Of a stretch of DNA of 64,000 nt, positions 1-13,300 are shown one piece after another. The notes under the pieces are model-generated. The model did no database searches, was not told the DNA's origin, and saw only the letters and a list, made by a program, of their open reading frames with translations. This stretch comes from Eukaryota sp. TZLM1-RC. Lineage: Eukaryota > Protista > Metamonada: BaSk clade. The stretch's first letter is position 1. Each line of letters begins with the position of its first letter. The stretch covers positions 2,777-66,776 of the forward strand of contig JAUPSS010000016.1 of assembly GCA_040285825.1 (NCBI GenBank). The letters run 5' to 3'. The position numbers were made by a program, and so were the translations under genes.

Positions 1-32
1 TAAAAAGATATCTTAAAGTATCCACTGGTGAT

Positions 33-647
33 TTGGCAGATATTGCGGAGAAGACGGTTGTTGTGTGGTCGAATATAGTGGCTGAACACAAACTTCAAGA
101 GAGTAGAGAGGCTGATATTAACTTGATCTATCCAGAATACGTAAATTCTTTCATTCAACCTATCTTGAAAAAACTTCCCAATTTCATCTGCATCCTGGTT
201 GCGGACGAAGTGATAAGATCACAATCACAATGCGACTCTCTTCCCAATGATCGGCTTTCATCCAACTTTGGTCTTCCGTCATCATCTCAGCTTCTTCAAC
301 TGTAAGAAAGCGGAAACCAACTCTCAGTCGATTTATTCCATCTTCACTGGCATTTGGAGCATTCCCATGTTCCTATTCAAGTTCCCTCACAGCCACAAGT
401 TCCTGTTCCAACTGATACCACGCCGTTGGAGCTTCTTTCTTCCGCTTCGCTATCCGAAGAACAGCGTCAATTTGTGACGTCTTCTTTAAACCAATTGGTG
501 ACATCCGTACAGAACAAACCTTTTGCTCCTTCTGTAAAAAAGACAAGGGGACGACCTTTAGGTTCTAGAGGTACCCGTAGAAATCCTTCTGCATTTGAAG
601 TGCCTCCTGTGAAACGTCCACGAGGTAGACCACGTAAAAACTGCTAA
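33..647 (+). mobile_element. 3' remnant of a probable MULE-type transposase ending in AT-hook motifs
   Basis: C-terminus KTRGRPLGSRGTRRNPSAFE...KRPRGRPRK resembles the 'GRP..S.TxRxPSxFE' tail of fungal/oomycete MULE transposases; frameshifted; followed by short tandem repeats at ~737-830. Confidence 0.45.
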
Positions 648-736
648 GTTATAACTGTTCCATTGCTTGTTTTAGAGAGTGTTTGTTTCCGCCAATAAAG
701 TTGTATTGATTACAGGTTTTCTATAAAAAATGCCTT

Positions 737-830
737 TTATGGTAAATCAGTTAATTTATGGTACATCAGTTAATTTATGGTACATTTACCAAAAAAATTA
801 TAATTTATGGTGCAATCAATGGTACAGTTA
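737..830. repeat. Short imperfect tandem repeats (tttatggtacatcagttaa), possible subterminal repeats
   Basis: tttatggta/tttatggtg recurs four times. Confidence 0.55.
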
Positions 831-839
831 GTCAGGGTC

Positions 840-1466
840 ATAATTATTTCTGATGATTGTTTTAATACTTTGTTAAAATTGAGACTTTTAGTTGCACATG
901 AATTTTCATTGTGTCCAGGTTGTGGTTATACTAACTTGGGTATGGACCACTCTTTTCAATGCCGGAAAGTCTCTAAGATGATTACTACGAGACATAATGA
1001 AGTTAAAGATTTTCTAGCTTCACTGATGAATTATTCGGTTGAAAAATGCTTTAAAGTTGGATTAAAAGAATTTATTGTGGATCTTTTCGATGAAGATAAT
1101 CGTATTGCTTTTGATATAACAGTAGTTGGTGGCTATGGTAATAGCTGGAATGATGCATATTCCATTGCATTTGTCGGGAAAATTAGGAAGTATGATGTGT
1201 TAATCAAGAAAAATTTAATTAATTCAATTATCCCACTTGTATTTAATGTACATGGTGGTTTTTATTCGAAGACAATTCCATCATTTAATCAATTTGGTTG
1301 GTCAGATTTGTGTCCAGAAGTAGCTACTATGATTGCTAAGGGTAGTTTTAGATGTCATTCTGCATTTAATTTTATTCTTAGTAAAATTAGTGAGGCTCGT
1401 AGGTTTTGGTAGTTGTACTTGTTTGTTTTTCTAGTTTTTTAATTTTTAACTATTATTTCTATAAAA
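840..1466 (+). mobile_element. 5'-truncated RLE-type non-LTR retrotransposon, copy 1 (zinc knuckle + restriction-like endonuclease)
   Basis: CPGC...HSFQC...RHNEV zinc knuckle/RH motif; DLFD...FDITVV...K.RKY...PLVF endonuclease motif; T-rich 3' UTR ending ATAAAA, then GCCGCTT. Confidence 0.8.
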
Positions 1467-1473
1467 GCCGCTT

Positions 1474-2129
1474 GGGATGAAAATATTGTAATTTCTCAAT
1501 CTGTCGTAACCAAAGCTTTTTACAAATCTGAAGTCAATTCTATTCAGTTTAACATGAATGAAATGGAAAAGCTACAACTAGAAGCCAACTGTTCTGAATT
1601 TTCAGGTAGTTTTTTGAATGTTTTTCCTTCTAATTCAAATTTTACTTTTTCAAATTTGATTGTGTGCTACATTTTTTAAGTTTAAGATTGCCTTCAGTTA
1701 AAGTTCACCATCAGTGCCCTTTAAAAAAAATTCTATCTTGATTTATTTGATCCCAAATCAAAGATTGCTCTCGATATTACCATAGTGGGAGGTTTTGGAA
1801 ATCAGTGGCAAGATGCTTACTCCCAAGCATTTGCTACAAAACTGAGGAAGTACAGTATTCTCAAAGAATACAATTTAATTTCAGAAATAGTTCCTTTGGT
1901 TTTCAATGTCCATGGGGGATGGTACAAAAAAACCAAATAAACTTTTAAACGTTTTGGTTGGATTGAGCTTTGTAGTGAATTGAGCTGCATCATCCAAAAG
2001 AACTGTTTTAGATGCAATCAAGCATTTAATTCTATTCTTAAGAGAAATGGAGATGCTCGTAGGTTTTGGTAGGTTTTGTTTTAGTGTTTTCAGTTATGTT
2101 TCCTTTATTTCTATTGAATTTCAATAAAA
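1474..2129 (+). mobile_element. 5'-truncated RLE-type non-LTR retrotransposon, copy 2 (same family, degenerate), joined to 28S rDNA
   Basis: IALDITIVGGFGNQWQDAY...KLRKY...VPLVFNVHGG...DARRFW* matches copy 1; ends AATAAAA then GCCGCTT. Confidence 0.8.
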
Positions 2130-2352
2130 GCCGCTTCGGTGAGTCTTTCGCCCCTATACCCAAATTTGACGAGTGATTTGCACGTCAACATCGCTACGGA
2201 CTTCCACCAGAGTTTCCCCTGGCTTCATCCTATTCAGGCATAGTTCAGCGGCTTTCGGGTCGTATCTATTCTGCTCATACTCAGATCCCTTTGCAAGGAC
2301 TGGTTGAGGGTGCAGTCGAAACTTCCCCTCATAAAATTACTTTCATTTCGTG
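2130..2352 (-). rRNA. 28S rRNA: Fragment of LSU (28S) rRNA gene, conserved core of domain II
   Basis: Reverse complement reads GACCCGAAAG..TGAACTATGCCTGAATAGG..GAAACTCTGGTGGA..TGACGTGCAAATC..AATTTGGGTATAGGGGCGAAAGACT, the eukaryotic LSU core; only ~220 bp present. Confidence 0.92.
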
Positions 2353-2592
2353 ATTCTTGGAGGCAGAAAGGTAGATATCACGACATCTTTTCAAAACATC
2401 ATTGTTGAACGTATGGAGATACACCGACATCAAGCACACTCGTCGACTCAATTGAAGATCACTTAAAAATGAGATTATGGAATAATTCTTAGATTACAAG
2501 TATCAATTAGTAGAGTATCAATCCACACCATTAATGGACCTAGTTGCTAGAATAGAAAACTTAAAAAACAAAAATAATAAATAAAATAATAG

Positions 2593-2637
2593 AAAAACAA
2601 AGAATTCAAAAACAAAGAATTCAAAAACAAAGAATTC
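2593..2637. repeat. 15-bp tandem repeat (aaaaacaaagaattc) x3
   Basis: Read directly. Confidence 0.85.
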
Positions 2638-3360
2638 AAAAAAGGGCGACTTTACAAATCACTTGGCTTTGATTTAGAAACCTACATAGATCCAAAAGCA
2701 TGTAGACTATACAGATACACGTAATCAAATCTTTCTTGACAGTAATCAACTTCAAACAGTCAAAAACTAAATGATTGGTGATTACTCCGTCGTTTTTGTA
2801 TTTATGATAAACCCTAAATAAAGAGAATTACTCCCAATATTTGGTAGAGACCCGATAAAACTTCTGCAAATATGTGAAATTAACATAAACTAAAGCAATT
2901 AAATTTTGGGAAAAATCGAAAATTCTGAAAACCATAGATAAACTTATTTACCAAAGACCTCATTCAGATTAAAATAAATATACAAAACAAAGACGACAGA
3001 AATACTATCTGAATAGGCAAATCTTAGGCAACAAAACTATTTTAAAACAAAAAGTTGAACATCTAGAATGGTAATGATCATTTTTCCAAATTAAAGTAGA
3101 TATTTGTGGTAGTCTTAACAATAATACTTTCACTTTCTACTTTCATTATATGTAATCATGACCAATTACAAAATAATTAACAAATCTCAGTTAAATAATA
3201 CTAAAAAATAAAATAAAATAAAATTCAGTACTGGAAAAGCACTTGGGACTAAATGATTTCATAGTGGTACTCAAGTGATACTTATAAACAATATGATTCG
3301 AATTAACAGTAAATCAAAATGCGAGTCAAAATACCAATAAAGCAAGTGAATATAGAAAGT

Positions 3361-3394
3361 GAGTGCGAGAGGAGTGCGAAAGGAGTGCGAGAGG
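3361..3394. repeat. 11-bp tandem repeat (gagtgcga[g/a]ag) x3
   Basis: Read directly. Confidence 0.8.
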
Positions 3395-3649
3395 TGGGAA
3401 GCTATTAGAAAAACAAGTCAAAGTGTTAGGAATGCGACTCAGGTGGTGAAACATTGAATCGATCAACTAGAAGGAAATCTAGGTGGAAACAAGTGAGATT
3501 AGTAGTCAGTGCAGAGAAGTGAGAGAGCAAGGTCATCAAGAGAGAAGGAAAGAAAAACAATGTATCGAGTAATGTGAAGCATGTAACGTAGAGTAAAGGA
3601 TTGTATGAATGATGAAGGGTGGTTTGAGCACTGTAGCAGTCAAAGTTAA

Positions 3650-4344
3650 AACAGTACATGATGATATATGTCTACATTGATGTTGCCAACAGTGAAACCA
3701 GTAGTTTTTGAATTCCTAAGTTAACTCTTTGATCATCAATGATGATTTAACAGAACGAAACGTAGAGATTCAGTATCTGATGGTCATGTCGAAACTGCTG
3801 GAGATGACAGAAGACAGTAGTGGTTGAAAACCAAACGTGCCAGTGTCAAATGATAAGTAGTTTTAAGAAAAATGTGCCATCAGGTCTTGAAGAGGTGTTT
3901 GCTAAAGCCAAGGAAGAAAAAGAGAACCATGGGTAAAGAGAATGGATATATGGAGAACTTATTTGAGAACACATCCGATTTCAATCAAGGGTTTTCACTG
4001 TTAGATTCGTGACAATAACAGCAGACACAATCTGACAATAACAATCTGATCTGACAAAGTGTCCTTCTTGCTTTGAAAAAGTGTTTGAAACAACTATCAA
4101 AACAAGAAATCCAATTCCTAGAAGTGCTGAAAAAACAGCGTTCAAATCTCATCATGGGATTTTGGAATGTAGAAGTTCTCAGTGTATTAATGATGCAAAA
4201 GCACGATGTAAAAAGTCAGAAAGTAGAGAAGCAGTCAAGGCAAAGTATTGGAATAGGAACAAGATGGCTTGTTTGAATATGTTGAATGTATTTGATCACT
4301 GGTTATCCGGTGAAGAAGGTAGGCCTGTATATCTTAGAACTTAG
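3650..4344 (+). pseudogene. Degenerate Fanzor1 (eukaryotic TnpB) C-terminal remnant, locus A
   Basis: TKCPSCFEK...RNP...HGILECRSSQC...YWNRNKMACLNM...GRPVYLRT* gives the zinc finger, RuvC-III and RPxYL terminus of Fanzor1; colinear with locus B; upstream part deleted or decayed. Confidence 0.8.
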
Positions 4345-4383
4345 TTTATTTTTACTGACTAGTAAAATCTAGTCATAGTTGGC

Positions 4384-7300
4384 ATGTGCCACTTCTCTAA
4401 TTCTGACATCCCAATAAGGGCAATGATGATCCATCTAACACTGCTACTATCCTTTTGCTTGACCACTTACTCTACGGTTTTAACTTGGAGTCCCTCTTCA
4501 CATATAGATGAGAGTTCGTTTCACCATACCGATAATTGGAAAGCTGATGATGGTGTATCTATCGTAAACGTTGACAATCCTTTATACAGCTTTGTTATCA
4601 ACACTGCACATGCATCCGTTGAGATTAATCAAGCTCTCATTCACTCCTTGAAATCTGTCCATATTAGAAGAGGATCCTTAACTATAAGTGCCTCAACATC
4701 AATAGAATCATTTGTCTGGGAGACGGGTACTGTGGTAATCAATACACCAATGTTTCACATCCACTCAAGTCTTACTTTAAGTAATGCAGGAATCAAGACA
4801 CTCAAAGGTAATCTACTCTTGTTTGGTTCACTTTCAGTAACACATAATTGCCGACTTGAACTTGAGGATTCCAACTTTATTGTACGTCACCATCATGGTT
4901 ATGATAATATAATGGAAATAAATGAAGATATAGAGTTTGTGATTGAGAATATGTCTGAAATTTCAAAGCTTGAGATATTTGTACCATTATTACTAAAGTT
5001 CAATAGCAAACTGGTATTGGAAGTTGATTCACAATTTGTAAAAGATGTAACCTTGGAATCTGGTGCTGAAATCTATTTAAAATCATCATCTGAAATTAAT
5101 GGAAAATTAACTTTGGAGGGTATTGAATCAAAGGTAATAATTGAAGGGGATTTTCTATTTATAAGACCTTTCGAATACTATTCTGCTATTGATAATGATA
5201 TAATTGTTGCTTTTAATTTTCAAAATCCTCCAGAAAATAATTTCTTTTCTGATGAATTTGGTAACTATTATGGTGAATTGACAGATTTTGGTGCTCAGTA
5301 TGATGGTAACTCTTTAATACTTGAATCTGCGCCTGGTGATTTTGTCACTAATTACAGACCCATTCCCAAGTATCAATGGTCAATTTATCTTGAATTTCAA
5401 GTTGAAGAAAGTCTTTTTGATGGTGAGGAAAGATTATTTGGCTATGAAAATGGACATTGTACTATTGAATTTGGAATTTCTAGAGCGAGTTATGGTGAAT
5501 CTTTCGCTGATTCCATCACTTCTTCTTTATATGGAACTAAGACTACTTATCCATACTCTGCAACACATGCTCCTTTTATTACTGGTTGGATAACTGTTGT
5601 CTGGGCAATTTCCACTGATCAAACAAATACTTATTGGAATTTTGGTACCATTTTTTATCATAAAACTGAACCATTAGTCAATCATCCATCTTGTAAACGT
5701 TTTCGACCCCTTTCTCTTGGTTATTATGTTTCTGAATTTGGTGCCAATAAGTTTATTGGAAAAATCAGAGAGTTTCGAGTTTATTCCAGATATTTACACA
5801 ATAATGCCGTTCAGCCTCGTAAGTCTACCATAACTAAGCCGGAAATATCTAGTCAAGGGTCTATTATTGTCAATACGGGAAGTACTTTTGTTATTAGTGA
5901 GGTTGAGGTCACTTATGATGGAGACGACTTGGAAGAAGTCATTGATCACTACACTTGTGAAGAAGGGGGCAGAATTATCCTAACTGGGAACATTGTAGTA
6001 GATGTACCTACTGCTAAATCAATTGATTTAACTTGTAAAATCACCCTTCAAGGTAGTTTAACTATAGTTAGTGGTACAGTGTCCTTTGTTTATGAGTCTC
6101 AATTCGATGGTACTTTGATTGTTCAAAAGGGAGGTGCAATTGAATTTGAACCTGGAACTTATATCTTTGGATCAGATTCAGTCTTAAATCAACATCCATC
6201 ATCATTAATTACCGATAGTGCTGTAACTCTCTTTATTGGAGGCACCTTAAATATTTCACCATCTATTACTTATAGTGGCAGCATTTATGTCCTCAATTCT
6301 AATTCAAAAGTTAAGACTGAAAAGTTTATTATTGATACTGAATTGGAAGTGACCCTTACAAATATTGAGTTTCTTAGGCAAAGTGATTTAAAGGTTCAGT
6401 CTGGAATAGTAGTTTTTCATTATGATGACGAATCTACTGATATCAACCTCAGTAAAGTCAGTCTTATTGAAGGCTCTTTAACGTTTGAAAATGGGAATCT
6501 TCTTGCTGAAGAAGGATTGATTAATGCTGTAGAATCGGCGACAATGAAGTTTTTCAATACTGAACTGCGTTTCGAAACATTTACTTCTGATAATGGAATT
6601 GTTGAGTTTGACTACAGTGATGATTTAACTACCTCGACAGTATTCATCCTTACAAGTACCGAAATTGAGTTCAAACAGTTCAATTCTAAGTATACATTCA
6701 CAACGATTGACTTTATTAAGTCGACAAGGAAAGGTAATGGTGATCTCTCTGTTGAAAACTTAAAAATTTCCGACACAGATTTTCAAGATGATTCTCGCAC
6801 ATCATGTACGGTTTCTTGTAAAATTTTCAATGGTGATGCTGGGAAAATCAAAGTTAAGGATGGTCATGTGCTTGATTTTGATGGTGATGGAAGTATTGGA
6901 GATGTTATAGAGCAATTGCTCGAAATTGATGTTAAATCTGGTTCTTTTATTTTAAACAAAGATACTTCTTTTACAACTGATTCAAATGTGCGAATTGTTG
7001 AATCTTCTGATCATAATTTTCAAATATTGGGTACTTTTGACATTAACCAAAAAGGTACTTTGCACATTGATAACGCATTCACTCTTGAAGGAGCTGTCAA
7101 TGTTAATAGTCAAGGTTCATTACAATTAGATTCAAGTACTGATGTTGAGGGTAAGTTGAATATATTTGAAAATGGTCATGCTGAATTTAAAGGTGACATA
7201 TTTACCTTTAAAAAGGATTCAACCCTTTCAGTTCACCCAGGGACCTTAACTTTAGAAGATCCTATATCATTAGTTATTGAAGGTACTTATGAAGGTGATT

Positions 7301-10300
7301 ATATTGAACATTCAGATGGCCAATTAACATTTGACAAGGGATCTACTGTGGATACTTCCATTTTCAAAGTGACTGGTAATGGTAAATTGAAGTTTATTGA
7401 TGCTAATTTTGATGGTTTAACTGAATTTAGTTCAACTAATGGTGATGTGGAGTTTGATTATGATGAAGAGTTGAACCTAAATGCGGAATTTACTTTTGAA
7501 GATTCTACTGTGGATTTTGGGAATGATGAAGTAAGTTTTAGTTTTCAAGAAGTTGAATTTATTGCATCAACAAGGAAAGGTAATGGTGATCTCTCTGTTG
7601 AAAATTTGAGAATTGCCGACACAGATTTTCGAGATGATTCTCGCACATCATGTACGGTTTCTTGTAAAATTTTCAATGGTGATACTGGGAAAATCAAAGT
7701 CAAGGATGGTCATGTGCTTGATTTTGATGGTGATGGAAGTATTGGAGATGTTATAGAGCAATTGCTCGAAATTGATGTTAAATCTGGTTCTTTTATTTTT
7801 AAACAAAGATGCTTCTTTTACAACTGATTCAAATGTGCGAATTGTTGAATCTTCTGATCTCAATTTTCAAATATTGGGTACTTTTTGACATTAACCAAAA
7901 AGGTACTTTGCACATTGATAACGCATTCACTCTTGAAGGAGCTGTCAATGTTAATAGTCAAGGTTCATTACAATTAGATTCAAGTACTGATGTTGAGGGT
8001 AAGTTGAATATATTTGAAAATGGTCATGCTGAATTTAAAGGTGACATATTTACCTTTAAAAAGGATTCAACCCTTTCAGTTCATCCGGGGACCTTAACTT
8101 TAGAAGATCCTATATCATTAGTTATTGAAGGTACTTATGAAGGTGATTATATTGAACATTCAGATGGCCAATTAACATTTGACAAGGGATCTACTGTGGA
8201 TACTTCCATTTTCAAAGTGACTGGTAATGGTAAATTGAAGTTTATTGATGCTAATTTTGATGGTTTAACTGAATTTAGTTCAACTAATGGTGATGTGGAG
8301 TTTGATTATGATGAAGAGTTGAACCTAAATGCGGAATTTACTTTTGAAGATTCTACTGTGGATTTTGGGAATGATGAAGTAAGTTTTAGTTTTCAAGAAG
8401 TTGAATTTATTGCATCAACAAGGAAAGGTAATGGTGATCTCTCTGTTGAAAATTTGAGAATTGCCGACACAGATTTTCGAGATGATTCTCGCACATCATG
8501 TACGGTTTCTTGTAAAATTTTCAATGGTGATACTGGGAAAATCAAAGTCAAGGATGGTCATGTGCTTGATTTTGATGGTGATGGAAGTATTGGAGATGTT
8601 ATAGAGCAATTGCTCGAAATTGATGTTAAATCTGGTTCTTTTATTTTAAACAAAGATGCTTCTTTTACAACTGATTCAAATGTGCGAATTGTTGAATCTT
8701 CTGATCTCAATTTTCAAATATTGGGTACTTTTGACATTAACCAAAAAGGTACTTTGCACATTGATAACGCATTCACTCTTGAAGGAGCTGTCAATGTTAA
8801 TAGTCAAGGTTCATTACAATTAGATTCAAGTACTGATGTTGAGGGTAAGTTGAATATATTTGAAAATGGTCATGCTGAATTTAAAGGTGACATATTTACC
8901 TTTAAAAAGGATTCAACCCTTTCAGTTCATCCGGGGACCTTAACTTTAGAAGATCCTATATCATTAGTTATTGAAGGTACTTATGAAGGTGATTATATTG
9001 AACATTCAGTTGGCCAATTAACATTTGACAAGGGATCTACTGTGGATACTTCCATTTTCAAAGTGACTGGTAATGGTAAATTGAAGTTTATTGATGCTAA
9101 TTTTGATGGTTTAACTGAATTCAGTTCAACTAATGGTGATGTGGAGTTTGATTATGATGAAGAGTTGAACCTAAATGTGGAATTTACTTTTGAAGATTCT
9201 ACTGTGGATTTTGGGAATGATGAAGTAAGTTTTAGTTTTCAAGAAGTTGAATTTATTGCATCAACAAGGAAAGGTAATGGTGATCTCTCTGTTGAAAATT
9301 TGAGAATTTCCGACACAGATTTTCGAGATGATTCTCGCACATCATGTACGGTTTCTTGTAAAATTTTCAATGGTGATGCTGGGAAAATCAAAGTCAAGGA
9401 TGGTCATGTGCTTGATTTTGATGGTGATGGAAGTATTGGAGATGTTATAGAGCAATTGCTCGAAATTGATGTTAAATCTGGTTCTTTTATTTTAAACAAA
9501 GATACTTCTTTTACAACTGATTCAACTGTGCGAATTGTTGAATCTTCTGATCTCAATTTTCAAATTTTGGGTACTTTTGACATTAACCAAAAAGGTACTT
9601 TGCACATTGATAACGCATTCACTCTTGAAGGAGCTGTCAATGTTAATAGTCAAGGTTCATTACAATTAGATTCAAGTACTGATGTTGAGGGTAAGTTGAA
9701 TATATTTGAAAATGGTCATGCTGAATTTAAAGGTGACATATTTACCTTTAAAAAGGATTCAACCCTTTCAGTTCACCCAGGGACCTTAACTTTAGAAGAT
9801 CCTATATCATTAGTTATTGAAGGTACTTATGAAGGTGATTATATTGAACATTCAGATGGCCAATTAACATTTGACAAGGGATCTACTGTGGATACTTCCA
9901 TTTTCAAAGTGACTGGTAATGGTAAATTGAAGTTTATTGATGCTAATTTTGATGGTTTAACTGAATTTAGTTCAACTAATGGTGATGTGGAGTTTGATTA
10001 TGATGAAGAGTTGAACCTAAATGCGGAATTTACTTTTGAAGATTCTACTGTGGATTTTGGGAATGATGAAGTAAGTTTTAGTTTTCAAGAAGTTGAATTT
10101 ATTGCATCAACAAGGAAAGGTAATGGTGATCTCTCTGTTGAAAATTTGAGAATTGCCGACACAGATTTTCGAGATGATTCTCGCACATCATGTACGGTTT
10201 CTTGTAAAATTTTCAATGGTGATGCTGGGAAAATCAAAGTCAAGGATGGTCATGTGCTTGATTTTGATGGTGATGGAAGTATTGGAGATGTTATAGAGCA

Positions 10301-13300
10301 ATTGCTCGAAATTGATGTTAAATCTGGTTCTTTTATTTTAAACAAAGATACTTCTTTTACAACTGATTCAACTGTGCGAATTGTTGAATCTTCTGATCTC
10401 AATTTTCAAATTTTGGGTACTTTTGACATTAACCAAAAAGGTACTTTGCACATTGATAACGCATTCACTCTTGAAGGAGCTGTCAATGTTAATAGTCAAG
10501 GTTCATTACAATTAGATTCAAGTACTGATGTTGAGGGTAAGTTGAATATATTTGAAAATGGTCATGCTGAATTTAAAGGTGACATATTTACCTTTAAAAA
10601 GGATTCAACCCTTTCAGTTCACCCAGGGACCTTAACTTTAGAAGATCCTATATCATTAGTTATTGAAGGTACTTATGAAGGTGATTATATTGAACATTCA
10701 GATGGCCAATTAACATTTGACAAGGGATCTACTGTGGATACTTCCATTTTCAAAGTGACTGGTAATGGTAAATTGAAGTTTATTGATGCTAATTTTGATG
10801 GTTTAACTGAATTTAGTTCAACTAATGGTGATGTGGAGTTTGATTATGATGAAGAGTTGAACCTAAATGCGGAATTTACTTTTTGAAGATTCTACTGTGG
10901 ATTTTTGGGAATGATGAAGTAAGTTTTAGTTTTCAAGAAGTTGAATTTATTGCATCAACAAGGAAAGGTAATGGTGATCTCTCTGTTGAAAATTTGAGAA
11001 TTGCCGACACAGATTTTCGAGATGATTCTCGCACATCATGTACGGTTTCTTGTAAAATTTTCAATGGTGATGCTGGGAAAATCAAAGTCAAGGATGGTCA
11101 TGTGCTTGATTTTGATGGTGATGGAAGTATTGGAGATGTTATAGAGCAATTGCTCGAAATTGATGTTAAATCTGGTTCTTTTATTTTAAACAAAGATACT
11201 TCTTTTACAACTGATTCAAATGTGCGAATTGTTGAATCTTCTGATCTCAATTTTCAAATATTGGGTACTTTTGACATTAACCAAAAAGGTACTTTGCACA
11301 TTGATAACGCATTCACTCTTGAAGGAGCTGTCAATGTTAATAGTCAAGGTTCATTACAATTAGATTCAAGTACTGATGTTGAGGGTAAGTTGAATATATT
11401 TGAAAATGGTCATGCTGAATTTAAAGGTGACATATTTACCTTTAAAAAGGATTCAACCCTTTCAGTTCACCCGGGGACCTTAACTTTAGAAGATCCTATA
11501 TCATTAGTTATTGAAGGTACTTATGAAGGTGATTATATTGAACATTCAGTTGGCCAATTAACATTTGACAAGGGATCTACTGTGGATACTTCCATTTTCA
11601 AAGTGACTGGTAATGGTAAATTGAAGTTTATTGATGCTAATTTTGATGGTTTAACTGAATTCAGTTCAACTAATGGTGATGTGGAGTTTGATTATGATGA
11701 AGAGTTGAACCTAAATGCGGAATTTACTTTTGAAGATTCTACTGTGGATTTTGGGAATGATGAAGTAAGTTTTAGTTTTCAAGAAGTTGAATTTATTGCA
11801 TCAACAAGGAAAGGTAATGGTGATCTCTCTGTTGAAAATTTGAGAATTTCCGACACAGATTTTCGAGATGATTCTCGCACATCATGTACGGTTTCTTGTA
11901 TAATTTTCAATGGTGATGCTGGGAAAATCAAAGTTAAGGATGGTCATGTGCTTGATTTTGATGGTGATGGAAGTATTGGAGATGTTATAGAGCAATTGCT
12001 CGAAATTGATGTTAAATCTGGTTCTTTTATTTTAAACAAAGATGCTTCTTTTACAACTGATTCAAATGTGCGAATTGTTGAATCTTCTGATCTCAATTTT
12101 CAAATATTGGGTACTTTTGACATTAACCAAAAAGGTACTTTGCACATTGATAACGCATTCACTCTTGAAGGAGCTGTCAATGTTAATAGTCAAGGTTCAT
12201 TACAATTAGATTCAAGTACTGATGTTGAGGGTAAGTTGAATATATTTGAAAATGGTCATGCTGAATTTAAAGGTGACATATTTACCTTTAAAAAGGATTC
12301 AACCCTTTCAGTTCACCCAGGGACCTTAACTTTAGAAGATCCTATATCATTAGTTATTGAAGGTACTTATGAAGGTGATTATATTGAACATTCAGTTGGC
12401 CAATTAACATTTGACAAGGGCTCTACTGTGGATACTTCCATTTTCAAAGTGACTGGTAATGGTAAATTGAAGTTTATTGATGCTTATTTTGATGGTTTAA
12501 CTGAATTTAGTTCAACTAATGGTGATGTGGAGTTTGATTATGATGAAGAGTTGAACCTAAATGCGGAATTTACTTTTGAAGATTCTACTGTGGATTTTGG
12601 GAATGATGAAGTAAGTTTTAGTTTTCAAGAAGTTGAATTTATTGCATCAACAAGGAAAGGTAATGGTGATCTCTCTGTTGAAAATTTGAGAATTGCCGAC
12701 ACAGATTTTCGAGATGATTCTCGCACATCATGTACGGTTTCTTGTAAAATTTTCAATGGTGATGCTGGGAAAATCAAAGTCAAGGATGGTCATGTGCTTG
12801 ATTTTGATGGTGATGGAAGTATTGGAGATGTTATAGAGCAATTGCTCGAAATTGATGTTAAATCTGGTTCTTTTATTTTAAACAAAGATACTTCTTTTTA
12901 CAACTGATTCAAATGTGCGAATTGTTGAATCTTCTGATCTCAATTTTCAAATATTGGGTACTTTTGACATTAACCAAAAAGGTACTTTGCACATTGATAA
13001 CGCATTCACTCTTGAAGGAGCTGTCAATGTTAATAGTCAAGGTTCATTACAATTAGATTCAAGTACTGATGTTGAGGGTAAGTTGAATATATTTGAAAAT
13101 GGTCATGCTGAATTTAAAGGTGACATATTTACCTTTAAAAAGGATTCAACCCTTTCAGTTCACCCAGGGACCTTAACTTTAGAAGATCCTATATCATTAG
13201 TTATTGAAGGTACTTATGAAGGTGATTATATTGAACATTCAGTTGGCCAATTAACATTTGACAAGGGATCTACTGTGGATACTTCCATTTTCAAAGTGAC

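Noticed and set aside
2360-3300. Possible polymerase/integrase remnants (GFDLET, IFGRDP)
   Set aside because: Isolated short words with no supporting motifs
7790-12915. Programmed frameshifting, phase variation or four separate genes in the repeat array
   Set aside because: All five breaks are single extra T's in T-runs relative to sister units, typical of long-read homopolymer errors; biology cannot be inferred without reads
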